Source of the DNA: TPA_inf: Saccharomyces
Taxonomy: Eukaryota
DNA: 64,000 nucleotides
Direction of reading: 5' to 3'
NCBI GenBank assembly: GCA_000146045.2
Contig: BK006934.2
Span: 128,001-192,000 of the forward strand
Shown: one piece after another, positions 1 through 10,693 of the stretch
Layout: each line of letters opens with the position of its first letter
How positions within the stretch are numbered: the stretch's first letter is position 1
Translations under genes and position numbers: made by a program
The notes under the pieces: generated by a model
What the model was told of the DNA's origin: nothing
What the model saw: the letters and a program-made list of their open reading frames with translations, nothing else
Databases searched by the model: none

Positions 1-1120
1 ACAGAGGAAATCAATTGAGGCTCAAATCAAAAAGGATAAAACAAAAATTACGGAATACTCAGCTGCGCTGAAGGCCCTGAAAGAACAGTACAACGATCAA
101 AATAGCAAATCGTCGGAGCTGAAAAAGAAAATCTTGGAGACCTGCAAATCACTTCCAAATACCTTGGATCCTACGGTCCCATTAGATGCCCCACAGATTG
201 AACAATGGATAAACCCTTTAAAAACACATAAAACTTCAGAAGCTCAGGCGCATGTTGATATCATGCTTAAAAAGAATATGTTAGACCTACAGACTGCCTC
301 GAACGTTACAGGAATGTCATGGTACTATCTATTGAATGACGGAGCACGTCTCGAACAAGCATTGGTAGCATATGCATTGAAAAAGGCAAACGAAAATGGG
401 TTTTCAAGCTGCGTACCGCCAAGCATCACGAAGAAGGAGTTAATAGATGCATGTGGATTTAATCCAAGAGATATGAATAATGAAAGGCAAATTTACGCTC
501 TTCAAGACACCAATTTAGGATTGGTGGCTACCGCGGAGATACCTTTGGCAGGTCTAGGGGCAAACAAAGTTCTAGAGTTAAACTCGGGAGAATGTTCTAA
601 GAAACTAGTTGGAGTAAGTAGATGTTACAGAGCTGAGGCAGGTGCCAGGGGAAAAGATACGAAAGGTCTCTATCGCGTTCATGAGTTTACTAAAGTAGAA
701 TTATTTTGCTGGAGCAAGCCAGAAACCAGTGCAAAGGTCCTTGAGGAAATAAAGCAATTTCAGATTTCTGTAGTTGAGGAATTAGGAATACCGGCCAAAG
801 TACTAAATATGCCATCAAACGATCTTGGTAATCCCGCTTTCAAGAAATACGACATCGAAGCTTGGATGCCAGGAAGGGGGAAATTTGGCGAGATAAGTAG
901 TGCCTCCAATTGTACCGATTTCCAAAGTAGAAGATTAAATACAAAGTACAGGGACGATAACACAGGAAAGCTAGAATATGTGCACACGCTGAATGGCACA
1001 GCAATGGCTATCCCAAGAGTGATAGTAGCACTAGTAGAAAATTTCTATGACCCAAGCACCGGTAAGATATCTGTTCCTGAATGTTTGAGGGAGTTTATGA
1101 ATGGCCAACGATACATTTAA
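1..1120 (+). CDS. DIA4: Mitochondrial seryl-tRNA synthetase, 5'-truncated by the window edge (reading frame open from nt 2; stop at 1118-1120)
   Basis: The ORF-track translation (134..1120) is a class-II SerRS catalytic domain (…RCYRAEAGARGKDTKGLYRVHEF…). The frame stays open upstream to nt 2, so the N-terminus lies outside the window. Position just before VPS29/ARD1 matches YHR011W. Confidence 0.9.
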   Translation, partial: QRKSIEAQIKKDKTKITEYSAALKALKEQYNDQNSKSSELKKKILETCKSLPNTLDPTVPLDAPQIEQWINPLKTHKTSEAQAHVDIMLKKNMLDLQTASNVTGMSWYYLLNDGARLEQALVAYALKKANENGFSSCVPPSITKKELIDACGFNPRDMNNERQIYALQDTNLGLVATAEIPLAGLGANKVLELNSGECSKKLVGVSRCYRAEAGARGKDTKGLYRVHEFTKVELFCWSKPETSAKVLEEIKQFQISVVEELGIPAKVLNMPSNDLGNPAFKKYDIEAWMPGRGKFGEISSASNCTDFQSRRLNTKYRDDNTGKLEYVHTLNGTAMAIPRVIVALVENFYDPSTGKISVPECLREFMNGQRYI

Positions 1121-1480
1121 TAAGTAAGAAAATCTTGTAAATATGTAATCTTATGTTAACCGTAGCATCATTGTGTTGGACGAAATCCTCTGTGATGTTC
1201 TGTGTGATTGAAATTGTATGGTATTTTCGATCATACGAGTATTTTTCCTAAAGATGAAAGAGAACTCGATTCCTAAACAGTTGTTTGTAGGGCATAACGT
1301 TGTATCGTAAATACTTACCATACGCTTAGGTATATTCCTTTAGATTTCCGTAACACCTTTCAGTTTTACTATTCCGCGTGGCGAGGTAAAGATCATAAAA
1401 ATACAAGTTTGTTATAGCATTTCCTGCAAATAATTGCTGTAACTAGTGGCGAAAAGGTCATAGAATTATTCGCCTAAATT

Positions 1481-2448
1481 ATGTTGTTGTTAGCATTAAG
1501 TGATGCACATATTCCTGATAGAGCAACTGTATGTGTTATTCTCCTTTCTTCTCTGGTTAGCTGTAGTGGAACCTATAACGGCCATTGCGCCACAACTTCC
1601 TTTAACATTAATACTAACATATTGATAACGACTTCAATTGCAAGTAGGATTTACCTGTAAAATTCAAAAAATTACTAAGCGTTCCTGATAAAATATCTCA
1701 GGTCGCTTTATTAGGTAATAGTACAAAGTCTTATGACTTTTTGAAATTTGTCAATCAGATATCTAACAATATAACAATCGTAAGAGGAGAATTTGATAAT
1801 GGGCACTTACCAAGCACGAAGAAAGATAAAGCATCAGATAACTCTAGACCGATGGAAGAAATTCCTATGAATAGTATAATAAGGCAAGGTGCTTTGAAAA
1901 TCGGCTGTTGTAGCGGTTATACCGTTGTGCCAAAGAACGACCCCTTATCTTTGTTAGCATTGGCACGCCAGTTGGATGTAGACATTTTATTGTGGGGTGG
2001 TACTCATAACGTTGAAGCTTATACCTTAGAGGGAAAATTTTTCGTTAATCCAGGTAGCTGTACGGGTGCTTTTAATACAGATTGGCCAATTGTCTTTGAT
2101 GTTGAGGATAGCGATGAAGCTGTGACATCAGAGGTGGACAAGCCGACTAAGGAGAATCAGTCGGAGGATGACGATGCCAAGGGTGGATCAACAGGAAAGG
2201 AACAACCTGGGTCTTACACGCCTAAAGAAGGCACTGCTGGGGAACGTGAGAATGAGAATGAAAGCAACGTTAAGCCTGAAAACCAATTTAAGGAAGACGA
2301 GGTTGATATGTCAGATTCGGATATAAATGGGTCTAATTCACCAAGTTTCTGCCTCTTGGATATTCAAGGCAATACCTGCACGTTATACATTTATTTATAC
2401 GTTAATGGAGAAGTGAAGGTCGATAAAGTGGTTTATGAAAAGGAATAG
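1481..2448 (+). CDS. VPS29: Retromer subunit Vps29, spliced: join(1481..1528,1648..2448); intron 1529..1647 (GTATGT 5'SS, TACTAAC at 1613-1619, TAG 3'SS)
   Basis: Exon 1 ATGTTGTTGTTAGCATTAAGTGATGCACATATTCCTGATAGAGCAACT (MLLLALSDAHIPDRAT) is followed by GTATGT. A canonical TACTAAC branchpoint is present, and exon 2 continues in phase 0 with DLPVKFKKLLSVPDKISQVALLGNSTKSYDFLKFVNQ…, matching the ORF-track 1741..2448 frame. Total 282 aa; metallophosphoesterase fold with a yeast-specific acidic insertion. Confidence 0.85.
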
Positions 2449-2729
2449 GGTAGCCATTTTCATTTTTATGCATTTCTATGATGTCTAAACATTAGATGCA
2501 TTCGTGAACTTTTTCTTGCAGACGAGATAGATGTAATTAAGATATCCTATCTGCCGGATATTACATATATAAAAAAAGAAAGCTTGCATGCACAGTTTCC
2601 TTACTATTCATGCTCACACAATTCTACCGAATTAGCACTGCAGTGTTTAGAACCGTGCTCAAAAAGAGCTAACAGAGCTTGTGAAGAAGCCTGGATGAAA
2701 ATATACTACGTTTATATAGGTTGATTTAA

Positions 2730-3446
2730 TTATACAATGATATCATTTACGCCTTGCTTAATGATATCCTCTAGTAGATCGCTTTCTAGATCGTCTTCTA
2801 GTTTTTCCTCATTCTCTTTCAAACGGCGATGGGTGAAGTTGCTTATCTGCAACTCCTCTAATTTTAAAACCTTCTTCATGGCGTATGCATCTTCACCATC
2901 CTGATAGTAGCTTTTCTCGATACTCAACACCTCAAACGCCAATGTGTCCCTGTACAAGTGTAAAGCTGCTCTATTAGATTGTCTCACATGCAAGGAAACA
3001 TATTCCGCTTGATGAACTTCTCTCAACGCAAATAAAGCTTGTCTCATTAAGTTTTCGGCAATCCCCATCCTTCTATAGGTTCTCATGACACTTAAGGAAG
3101 TAATATGACCATTTGGTGGCTCGTTTTGCTGGTCGGGGTCGTCGTTCATCTTCACGAGAACGTATCCAACTAATTTTTCGCCCGGAGCCAAGTATGTTGG
3201 ATCCAACTTGATTGTCCTGCCGTCATTGGTCCCATCTAAGGTCAATTCCAATTTGTCGTTCTCATCTTGTTCATCACTATCTTCACAGTCCAAAGTGGTG
3301 GTAGTAGCAACAAACGAAGCCTCTGGCCACGAGAGAATATGATACATATAATATTTCATCATATAATTTTCGGGTAGGTTATGAAGGTTGGCATTTTGCA
3401 TACATATAATGTCATTGATTGTCGCTCTGCGAATATTAATAGGCAT
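2730..3446 (-). CDS. ARD1: NatA N-terminal acetyltransferase catalytic subunit (238 aa)
   Basis: Full ORF of 238 aa with a GNAT acetyl-CoA motif (…[14 protein letters not shown]…). ATG confirmed at 3446-3444 on the minus strand. Position between VPS29 and SPO13. Confidence 0.9.
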   Translation of the reverse strand: MPINIRRATINDIICMQNANLHNLPENYMMKYYMYHILSWPEASFVATTTTLDCEDSDEQDENDKLELTLDGTNDGRTIKLDPTYLAPGEKLVGYVLVKMNDDPDQQNEPPNGHITSLSVMRTYRRMGIAENLMRQALFALREVHQAEYVSLHVRQSNRAALHLYRDTLAFEVLSIEKSYYQDGEDAYAMKKVLKLEELQISNFTHRRLKENEEKLEDDLESDLLEDIIKQGVNDIIV

Positions 3447-3949
3447 GGTTGACGAAGTTTTATTTTGGAGCTTGATCGTATGTATTTAGGTTTCCCTTTT
3501 CACTTGGCAATTACTCGTTGCTGACAAAAGGTTTCAAACTTTTCAGACGGTGCTTTTTTTTTCTGTTCAAAAAACCAATTGACGCGAGAAAGTGAGGATT
3601 GAGCCTAGAGATCAATAAAGACAAATTAGCATTGGATGCAATACTACTAAAGCAAGCGCTTTAAGAGAAAATATTTGTCCTGGAAGTCTCATGGAGATTA
3701 TACTTTATGAATTCTTTATCTCCGGGCAGAAGGCACTTCAGCGTATCATTTGTTCCATGATATTTTCTGAATAAACTTCAGAATTATAATACACAGTATT
3801 TACACATCTAATTTTTGACTACAGTATAATATTCAAGCTTCTTGATTTACCTGCAGTTATGCTTAAATTCACATTTGAATTCTTTAGTATCCGTTTAGCT
3901 AGTTAGTACCTTTGCACGGAAATGTATTAATTAGGAGTATATTGAGAAA

Positions 3950-3959
3950 TAGCCGCCGA
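3950..3959. promoter_or_regulatory. URS1 (Ume6-binding) element TCGGCGGCTA in the SPO13 promoter (~90 bp upstream of the ATG)
   Basis: Plus strand tagccgccga is the reverse complement of TCGGCGGCTA, an exact URS1 core. SPO13 is the classic URS1-regulated early meiotic gene. Confidence 0.6.
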
Positions 3960-4046
3960 CAAAAAGGAAGTCTCATAAAAGTGTCTAACAGACAATTAGC
4001 GCAATAAGAAGAAAGAAAACGGATTGAAGTTGAGTCGAGAATAATT

Positions 4047-4922
4047 ATGGCACCCAGAAAACGCTTTAGGCTACTCGAATTAGGGTCACCAACACATTCT
4101 AAAAGGAAAGTTCAAAAACCTCTTCAAGAGAAGACCCCAAACTTGCGAGTTTCTCCACTTGCTTTTAAAATTGGTAAAGAAATCAAGAATAAGGAAATCA
4201 GAAAAACAAAAAAAACAGAATCAGAAAATATATTCAATTCGAAACATGTCGATTTAAGACTAGAAAGCCCACATCCAGGATTAAATTTTGTAAGTGATGC
4301 TCAACAGTACTCAAAGGCTGGAGATGTTCGATATTTGAAAAATAAATCAAGCAATACCTTGAAAAACGAAAGACAAACAATAGAGCGCCCCTCATTTGAT
4401 AATTCCTTAAGGTTCGAGGACATTGAGCAGCCTCCAAAATCTACTTCAACGCCGGTTCTTTCTCAATCTTCTCAAATAAATGTAGAAAGAGAAGCACCCA
4501 TGTTTCCAGTTCCTTACTATATTGCTCCTTCTCCTATGTATAATTTTAGCCCGTATCAAAATTTCGTTGGAAACCCAACGTTCCTGACGCCAAGTCATAA
4601 CCCAAACCTAAACTATGCCATTCCCATCCAACGGCCGGAGTTGCTTTATCCGAATGTTAACGTATACGATTCGCCATTGTTTAAGAAAACAAGACTGCCC
4701 CATCAGACCAAAAGTCTAGATAAAGAAAAAAATTACCAATATCTTCCAATATATCCGGTCTCGATTTCTAATAACGGAGATTTTGTTGGCCAAGAGACAC
4801 CAAGGGCAGCACCAAAGTTAAGTAAAAAGAGACTTTCAAATACATTGGATGTTAATTGTTCCGATTATGAGTCTAGTGGACAAAATGCAACTTATAATGA
4901 TAGTGAGTCTTCCCTTAATTAA
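4047..4922 (+). CDS. SPO13: Meiosis-specific regulator Spo13 (291 aa)
   Basis: 291-aa ORF with ATG at 4047. Basic/Ser-rich low-complexity protein with a URS1 immediately upstream. Gene order ARD1-SPO13-tRNA matches YHR014W. Confidence 0.85.
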   Translation: MAPRKRFRLLELGSPTHSKRKVQKPLQEKTPNLRVSPLAFKIGKEIKNKEIRKTKKTESENIFNSKHVDLRLESPHPGLNFVSDAQQYSKAGDVRYLKNKSSNTLKNERQTIERPSFDNSLRFEDIEQPPKSTSTPVLSQSSQINVEREAPMFPVPYYIAPSPMYNFSPYQNFVGNPTFLTPSHNPNLNYAIPIQRPELLYPNVNVYDSPLFKKTRLPHQTKSLDKEKNYQYLPIYPVSISNNGDFVGQETPRAAPKLSKKRLSNTLDVNCSDYESSGQNATYNDSESSLN

Positions 4923-5025
4923 AAAGATTAGTTTACTTTTTCTGTAGAATGTTAATTAGTTTATTGCATAGAAAATCTTTAATACTGAATGACAAAATTT
5001 CCACAATTTTTTTTAAAAAAATTAT

Positions 5026-5107
5026 CGACAACTGCAGGACTCGAACCTGCGCGGGCAAAGCCCAAAAGATTTCTAATCTTTCGCCTTAACCACTCGGCCA
5101 AGTTGCC
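5026..5107 (-). tRNA. tS(AGA): tRNA-Ser (anticodon AGA), 82 nt with long variable arm
   Basis: The reverse complement reads GGCAACTTGGCCGAGTGGTTAAGGCGAAAGATTAGAAATCTTTTGGGCTTTGCCCGCGCAGGTTCGAGTCCTGCAGTTGTCG. It has A/B boxes, an AGA anticodon loop, and a T7 pol III terminator immediately downstream on the minus strand. Confidence 0.9.
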
Positions 5108-5199
5108 ACTTATTATATAAGTCGTAAGCATAATATCAGGATCTTATGCCTTAGTATAAGTCAATTGAAATTGCAATCCTTGTATGTTTTATATTAAAT

Positions 5200-5370
5200 T
5201 TTGGGTGAATAATTGGATAATTGTTTGAAATCCATTGTTGAAGAAAGGCTATAATATTCGTACACAGAGTATACTAGAAGTTCTTCTCGAGGGTCTTGGA
5301 ATCCACAAAAAGGCGTCGATAAATCTCCATAACTATATTACTTTATCCTATTACATTATCAATTCTTGCT
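5200..5370 (-). mobile_element. Degenerate Ty1/Ty2 delta (LTR) fragment, minus orientation
   Basis: Matches the reverse complement of the delta consensus (…ATACTAGAAGTTCTCCTCGAGG…, …CCTATTACATTATCAATCCTTGC…) with many substitutions. Boundaries approximate. Confidence 0.5.
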
Positions 5371-5688
5371 TTTAGCTTCTATTGTATTTGATAAAATATT
5401 TCGGCTTCTTTTATGTGTATGCGATTGCGTATTACTAAATATAAATTTATATTTCCTGCGACCATTTGTCCGTCAGAAAAGGCTCTCAAAAAAACAACAC
5501 TACCCTTTTACCGGAAATCACAAACTAAATGTTAAAATAAGAATTTAACATCATCCATTGATTATGAATATTGAGTGAATGATTTAATGATTGTTGCGAT
5601 TTCCTTGTTGGTGAAGGCTATGATATCAGCTATGCAGAATATACTAGTAGTTATCCACCAGAACATAAGAATCCTCAAAATGTAATTA

Positions 5689-6009
5689 AAAATCCACTAT
5701 CGTCTATCAACCAATAATTATACTATCAATATATTATCATATACGGTGTTAGATGATGAAATAAGTTATGAGAAGCTGTCATCGAAGTTAGAGGAAGCTG
5801 AAGTGCAAGGATTGATAATGTAATAAGATAATGAAACATATAAAACGGAATGAGGAATAATCGTAATATTAGGTTGTAGAAATATAGATTCCATTTTGAG
5901 GATTCCTAAATCCTCGAGGAGAACTTCTAGTATATTGTGTATACCTAATATAATAGCCTTTATCAAAAATGGAATCCCAACAATTATCTCAAAATTCACC
6001 TAATTCTCA
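5689..6009 (+). mobile_element. Ty1/Ty2 delta solo LTR, plus orientation, lacking its first ~10 bp (ends …TTCTCA)
   Basis: Near-complete match to delta: …TATCATATACGGTGTTAGATGATGA…AAAACGGAATGAGGAATAATCGTAATATTAG…GAGGAGAACTTCTAGTATAT…AAAAATGGAATCCCAACAATTA…TTCTCA. The contained 77-aa ORF (5766..5999) is LTR noise. Confidence 0.7.
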
Positions 6010-6240
6010 GAATCTGTATTTCGACATAAGGTTATTATGATTATTTCTCCTTCCGTTCTATATTTTTCATTACCCTATTACATTGTCAATCCTTGCATTT
6101 CTGCTTTCATTAGAATTGATGACTGTTTCTCAATGTTTATGCCATCTTCTTACAACTTATTTGACAATAAACTAGTAGCGTGAGTACTAATAAACGGATG
6201 ATATTTTGAAGTTTCATAACAACAATCAAAATTTGATGTA
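6010..6240 (-). mobile_element. Ty1/Ty2 delta fragment, minus orientation, abutting the plus-orientation delta
   Basis: …TTATTATGATTATTTCTCCTTCCGTTCTATATTTTTCATTACCCTATTACATTGTCAATCCTTGCATTTCTGCTTTCATTAGAATTGATGACTGTTTCTCA… matches the reverse-complement delta interior through the U3 end. Diverged, boundaries approximate. Confidence 0.55.
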
Positions 6241-6320
6241 TTTCATTAAAAATTGATTGATTTTGGGTAATGCAAGGATGACGTATTCGATCATGATTTT
6301 CAGATCGACCAGTAAGTTCC

Positions 6321-6392
6321 GGTCCTATAGTGTAGTGGTTATCACTTTCGGTTTTGATCCGGACAACCCCGGTTCGAATCCGGGTAGGACCT
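6321..6392 (+). tRNA. tQ(UUG): tRNA-Gln (anticodon UUG), 72 nt
   Basis: GGTCCTATAGTGTAGTGGTTATCACTTTCGGTTTTGATCCGGACAACCCCGGTTCGAATCCGGGTAGGACCT. Anticodon loop cTTTGa, followed by a T7 pol III terminator (6393-6399). Confidence 0.9.
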
Positions 6393-6553
6393 TTTTTTGC
6401 TAAAATGAACTTGTGTCACAAATTCCGTTCGAAATGGCGGTCCTTTTCCAATAAGTTTTCTTTTTATGGCATTTTTAGCAATTAGAGCTTACTTAACATA
6501 ATGAATTATCCAAGTCAATAAAAGCAGAAATACGAAAAATTCCCTAAAAAAAG

Positions 6554-8533
6554 ATGCCAAACTCTCATGGTAATGTATTGAATAATATCTCTTTAAATAG
6601 CAAGCAAAATCCCAGATCGATTTCTAAAAGTTGCCCAAATGATAAAGATGCAAGGCAGAAAAGCTTCAAAACGATATCAGCCCAAGCACTAGTACGCGTG
6701 CAAGGAGCTGGATATAAGCTCGGTGATGTGAAATTAAAGGATGCTGAAGTCAAAGAAAAGAATAGCCTCAAAAAATACGATTGTAAAAATGCAACTCAAG
6801 AAAAGAAAGAACAAGAGCAAGTATTTGAAAAAACTGTTGCAAAGGGAAGCGTGCAAAAATATATCACGAAAACTTCAAAGACAAATAGTTTGTTTATAGG
6901 AAATCTGAAATCAACTGTCACTGAAGAAATGCTAAGGAAGATATTCAAAAGGTATCAATCTTTTGAATCTGCTAAAGTGTGTCGTGATTTTCTCACCAAA
7001 AAATCATTGGGTTATGGCTATTTGAATTTCAAGGATAAAAACGATGCAGAATCTGCAAGGAAAGAATTTAATTATACGGTTTTTTTTGGTCAAGAAGTTA
7101 AAATAATGCCATCTATGAAAAATACATTATTTAGAAAAAACATCGGAACAAATGTTTTTTTCTCTAACTTACCACTGGAAAATCCCCAACTGACCACAAG
7201 ATCATTTTATCTAATAATGATCGAGTACGGAAATGTACTGTCATGTCTTCTAGAAAGAAGAAAAAACATTGGGTTCGTTTATTTCGATAACGATATTTCT
7301 GCTAGAAATGTAATCAAAAAATACAATAACCAAGAATTTTTTGGAAATAAAATTATATGTGGATTGCATTTTGACAAAGAAGTAAGAACTAGACCTGAAT
7401 TTACAAAAAGAAAAAAAATGATTGGCTCCGACATAGTTATCGAAGACGAACTATTGGCTAGCAATAATTTATCAGATAATGCTCGTTCGAAAACAATATT
7501 AGTCAAAAATTTACCATCTGACACAACACAAGAAGAGGTCTTGGATTACTTCAGCACTATTGGCCCCATAAAATCTGTATTCATCTCTGAAAAGCAGGCG
7601 AACACACCACATAAAGCGTTCGTCACATATAAAAATGAAGAAGAATCTAAAAAGGCACAGAAATGTTTGAATAAAACAATTTTTAAAAACCATACCATTT
7701 GGGTTGGTCCTGGTAAAGATAAGCCTGTTCATAATCAAATTGGAACGAACAAGAAAACAAAGGTTTATCTAAAAAATTTAAGCTTCAATTGCAATAAGGA
7801 GTTTATTTCTCAACTATGTTTACAAGAAAAAATAAGATTCAGTGAAATTAAGATCACAAACTATAACTCATTAAATTGGACATTTTGTGGACATGTTGAG
7901 TGTTTTTCTCGTAGTGATGCTGAGAGATTATTTAATATTTTGGATAGGAGACTAATTGGAAGTAGTTTGGTTGAGGCATCATGGTCAAAGAATAATGATA
8001 ATATACTAAATGAGATAGACTATGACGATGGTAACAACAATGAAAATTATAAGAAATTAATCAACATTAGTTCCATGATGCGTTTCCGCACACAAGAGTT
8101 ATCAGCTCATCAAAAGGGATTAACGTCACAGTTTCAACAAGTAGTTTCCCCATTCTCATCATATTCAAATTCCTACACAAACATGAACTCTCTCGTAGCT
8201 ACGCCGATGAAACCTCATCCAGCATTTAATTTAATTACAAATACTGTTGACGAAAAACTGCATCAGCCTAAGAGAACTAAACAGGAGAATGCAGAAATAC
8301 TTGAGTCCTTAAAAAAAATTATAAACAGAAATTTACAACGTATAAGTATTTCTGGTTTAAATAAAGAAGAAAATCTGCGCAGCATTTCCGAGTTTATTTT
8401 TGACGTATTTTGGGAGCATGACTCAGAAAGGCTATCGCACTTTTTATTAATGACAAATACTTCATTAGAATCACAGAAAATTCTACAAAAACAAGTCACT
8501 AGAGCTGCTGAAAGCCTCGGATTTACAGTTTGA
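6554..8533 (+). CDS. MIP6: RNA-binding protein with four RRMs (659 aa)
   Basis: ATG at 6554. RNP1/RNP2 motifs (LFIGNL…, KSLGYGYLNF, ILVKNLP…). Length and position match YHR015W. Confidence 0.85.
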   Translation: MPNSHGNVLNNISLNSKQNPRSISKSCPNDKDARQKSFKTISAQALVRVQGAGYKLGDVKLKDAEVKEKNSLKKYDCKNATQEKKEQEQVFEKTVAKGSVQKYITKTSKTNSLFIGNLKSTVTEEMLRKIFKRYQSFESAKVCRDFLTKKSLGYGYLNFKDKNDAESARKEFNYTVFFGQEVKIMPSMKNTLFRKNIGTNVFFSNLPLENPQLTTRSFYLIMIEYGNVLSCLLERRKNIGFVYFDNDISARNVIKKYNNQEFFGNKIICGLHFDKEVRTRPEFTKRKKMIGSDIVIEDELLASNNLSDNARSKTILVKNLPSDTTQEEVLDYFSTIGPIKSVFISEKQANTPHKAFVTYKNEEESKKAQKCLNKTIFKNHTIWVGPGKDKPVHNQIGTNKKTKVYLKNLSFNCNKEFISQLCLQEKIRFSEIKITNYNSLNWTFCGHVECFSRSDAERLFNILDRRLIGSSLVEASWSKNNDNILNEIDYDDGNNNENYKKLINISSMMRFRTQELSAHQKGLTSQFQQVVSPFSSYSNSYTNMNSLVATPMKPHPAFNLITNTVDEKLHQPKRTKQENAEILESLKKIINRNLQRISISGLNKEENLRSISEFIFDVFWEHDSERLSHFLLMTNTSLESQKILQKQVTRAAESLGFTV

Positions 8534-8880
8534 TTCCTTTTAAAGGAAGAAGGCAGGTTCATCAATATGCAATTTTCGGTACAAAAGTACGTATGTCTAT
8601 AAAAATAGAGTATTGTTTTCTTTGCTATCTTAATCTACCCAGAATTATTCCAAGGAGTTTCAGCCTCGATTTTTTTTTAGTTTAATGGCGTATAGTCCAG
8701 TTTCAAGAAATACTCCACCTACTAAGTGAGTACTTAAGAAGTGGTTCCTCGAAGCTTTCCATTGTGATTATATAACTACAAACATTTCGTAAACATAGCT
8801 GAATAAGGAACCCATCCTCAACTTCATAACTCTAAAAAAAAATTCTATATATAGGAACGAGACATATGGAGGACGATAAT

Positions 8881-10455
8881 TTAAGAAACTCTAACGTAGT
8901 TTGCAGGGAATATTCCTTCTTTTCCGTTAGTCCTGCCTGTCCACCAATCATTTTGAGAATCTGATTTTTTTAAGATAGTAATAACATCACCTTTTTTGAA
9001 AGCCAAGTCGCCTGGTTGTTCTCCAGCAAAATTGTAGAGAGCAACAGCCGTTGGTGTCGCCGAATTTGTAGCAGTGGATTCATTACCTAACCCTGTCTTC
9101 GACATTTTATGTGATAAATCATCGACATTGCTCATATTGCTGGGGTGAGTTGGGCCATGACCAAGGCTATAACCCCTTTCTCTACCATAACCACGCCTAT
9201 TTCCTCGGGTATTATCATAATCCCTACCGGAATGGTTGGGACGGGAGTATTCAGTATCTCTATCATACAAATCATCTTCCCATCGGGTATTCGCACGCGG
9301 CTTAGTACCCCTATCTATCTGTGGGCCTCTATTGCGGCTGCTGTTTCTATTTGGAGATCTTCCGTAATCATAATCTTCATCTTCGCTATCAAAATCTCCA
9401 TACCCGCGACCACGTCCGTAACCATCATCATCATAATCATCATCATAACGACTGCGTGACCCCAGCGACATTCCTCTTCTTCTTGATGATCTTGTGTTTG
9501 GACGTGTTGAGGATTCATCAGTAGAATCAAAGGAATCTGGAATATCGTCGTAATAATGGCTTGTGTTGTCGCTGTATTGACCGTCATCATAAAAATCATC
9601 ACCGCTAGCGTTGTCATCATGGTCGTGGCGTGTAAAGTTGAACGCTCTTGATTCCAAGATACGGAGTAGGGGGTCTGCTGCTGGTGGAACTTTTACTCTA
9701 CCTGACAAAATCATCTTTGATGTACAGTTATCGCCGTAAAACTTTCGATTAGCTTCCCTTCTCTCCAAGATGGCTGAACCTTCCACAGACACACCGGCAA
9801 ATAAACCTTTGCTTTTGGAATAGGCAAAAACTGCCGAGACACCACCTGTGGATGCAGAAGCTGCAGCTTCTGCACTTCTTCCAAGAGGACCTGCGGAAAC
9901 TGACACATTACCACCTAAAGTAATTGTACCAAATTCAGAAAAGGACCTCACTGCCTCTTCCGAATTTAAAATAAAAACAAAATCTGTCAATTCAACGCCG
10001 ACCATACCACCTGCACCAGCACCTGCCATAGCGATAGCAGAGGGAGCCGACCATGTACCGTCTTTTAACCTGGCCACAATCACCCCAGAACCTGCTCTCC
10101 CTGAAAACAAGAAGCCAGCCTTTAAAACCGTGATAATTGCTAGACCTTTAGCTCTTTTTAGCACATATGGTGGAATAACTTGGTCTGCTCCAAATACTTG
10201 ATTTGGTTTAACAAAACTCCTTAGAACTTTCGCGGCCTTCCTGTAGTTAAAACATTCGAAATAAATCAATCATAAAGTTGTTAGTACATTACTTTTGAAA
10301 ACTCATGCCCCATAAGCAATGGACACAGACTAGAGAGCTATCTTGAACATTTTAGCTGCATCCATAAGTTTAGAGGAGGGGCAGCAGGAAGCATATATAT
10401 GAACATACTTGGTCTCGCTTTTCAAGCTTCGAGGAATTGGATTATTGATACCCAT
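8881..10455 (-). CDS. YSC84: Actin-binding Ysc84 (SH3 + Ysc84 domain), spliced: complement(join(8881..10240,10409..10455)); intron 10241..10408
   Basis: Exon 1 (minus strand) ATGGGTATCAATAATCCAATTCCTCGAAGCTTGAAAAGCGAGACCAA|GTATGTTC. Branchpoint TACTAAC is the reverse complement of ttagtaca near 10283, and the 3'SS is CTACAG|GAAGGCCGCGAAAGTT, giving …SETKKAAKVLRSFVKPNQV…. The ORF-track 462-aa call reads through the intron (its 'MIYFECFNYR' is intronic). Spliced product 468 aa with a C-terminal SH3 (ALYNFAGEQPGDLAFKKGDVITIL…). Confidence 0.85.
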
Positions 10456-10693
10456 TTTTGGATTTTGGATTTGATATTACCACTACTCTTGAAAATTTTA
10501 CTGTGAAGTGTAAGATAGTTTCATGTTATAGATAATGTTAAGAACAGGGTCTAGTTAGGGGGTAGTCAACTTTAATTCCCTTCAGGTCGTTTTCGGTCAG
10601 CGTCGGAACATGTAAAAATGTTGTAGGTGGCATACAAACAGGAAATATAAAACAGACAACAGAAGATATTTGCTCTCAAAAAAACAAATAAAA

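Noticed and set aside
5366-5999. Small ORFs (60-77 aa) within the delta LTR cluster
   Set aside because: Lie inside LTR sequence. LTRs are non-coding, and these are chance frames.
9111-9620. Overlapping ORFs (64-117 aa) on both strands inside YSC84
   Set aside because: Generated by the repetitive GAT/TAT/CGT codons of the YSC84 low-complexity region. Translations are poly-I/T/M nonsense.
10670-10693. ORF-track N-terminal extensions (YSC83, ERC1 45287, YHR033W 47458, NEL1 50201, BRL1 52306, BCD1 59906, RPN1 36732, MSC7 58881) as true starts
   Set aside because: The codon at each of these track starts is TTG or GTG when read from the sequence, so the first in-frame ATG was used instead. For RPN1 and MSC7 the upstream Met is present, but the downstream ATG gives the lengths I recall for these proteins (993 aa, 644 aa).
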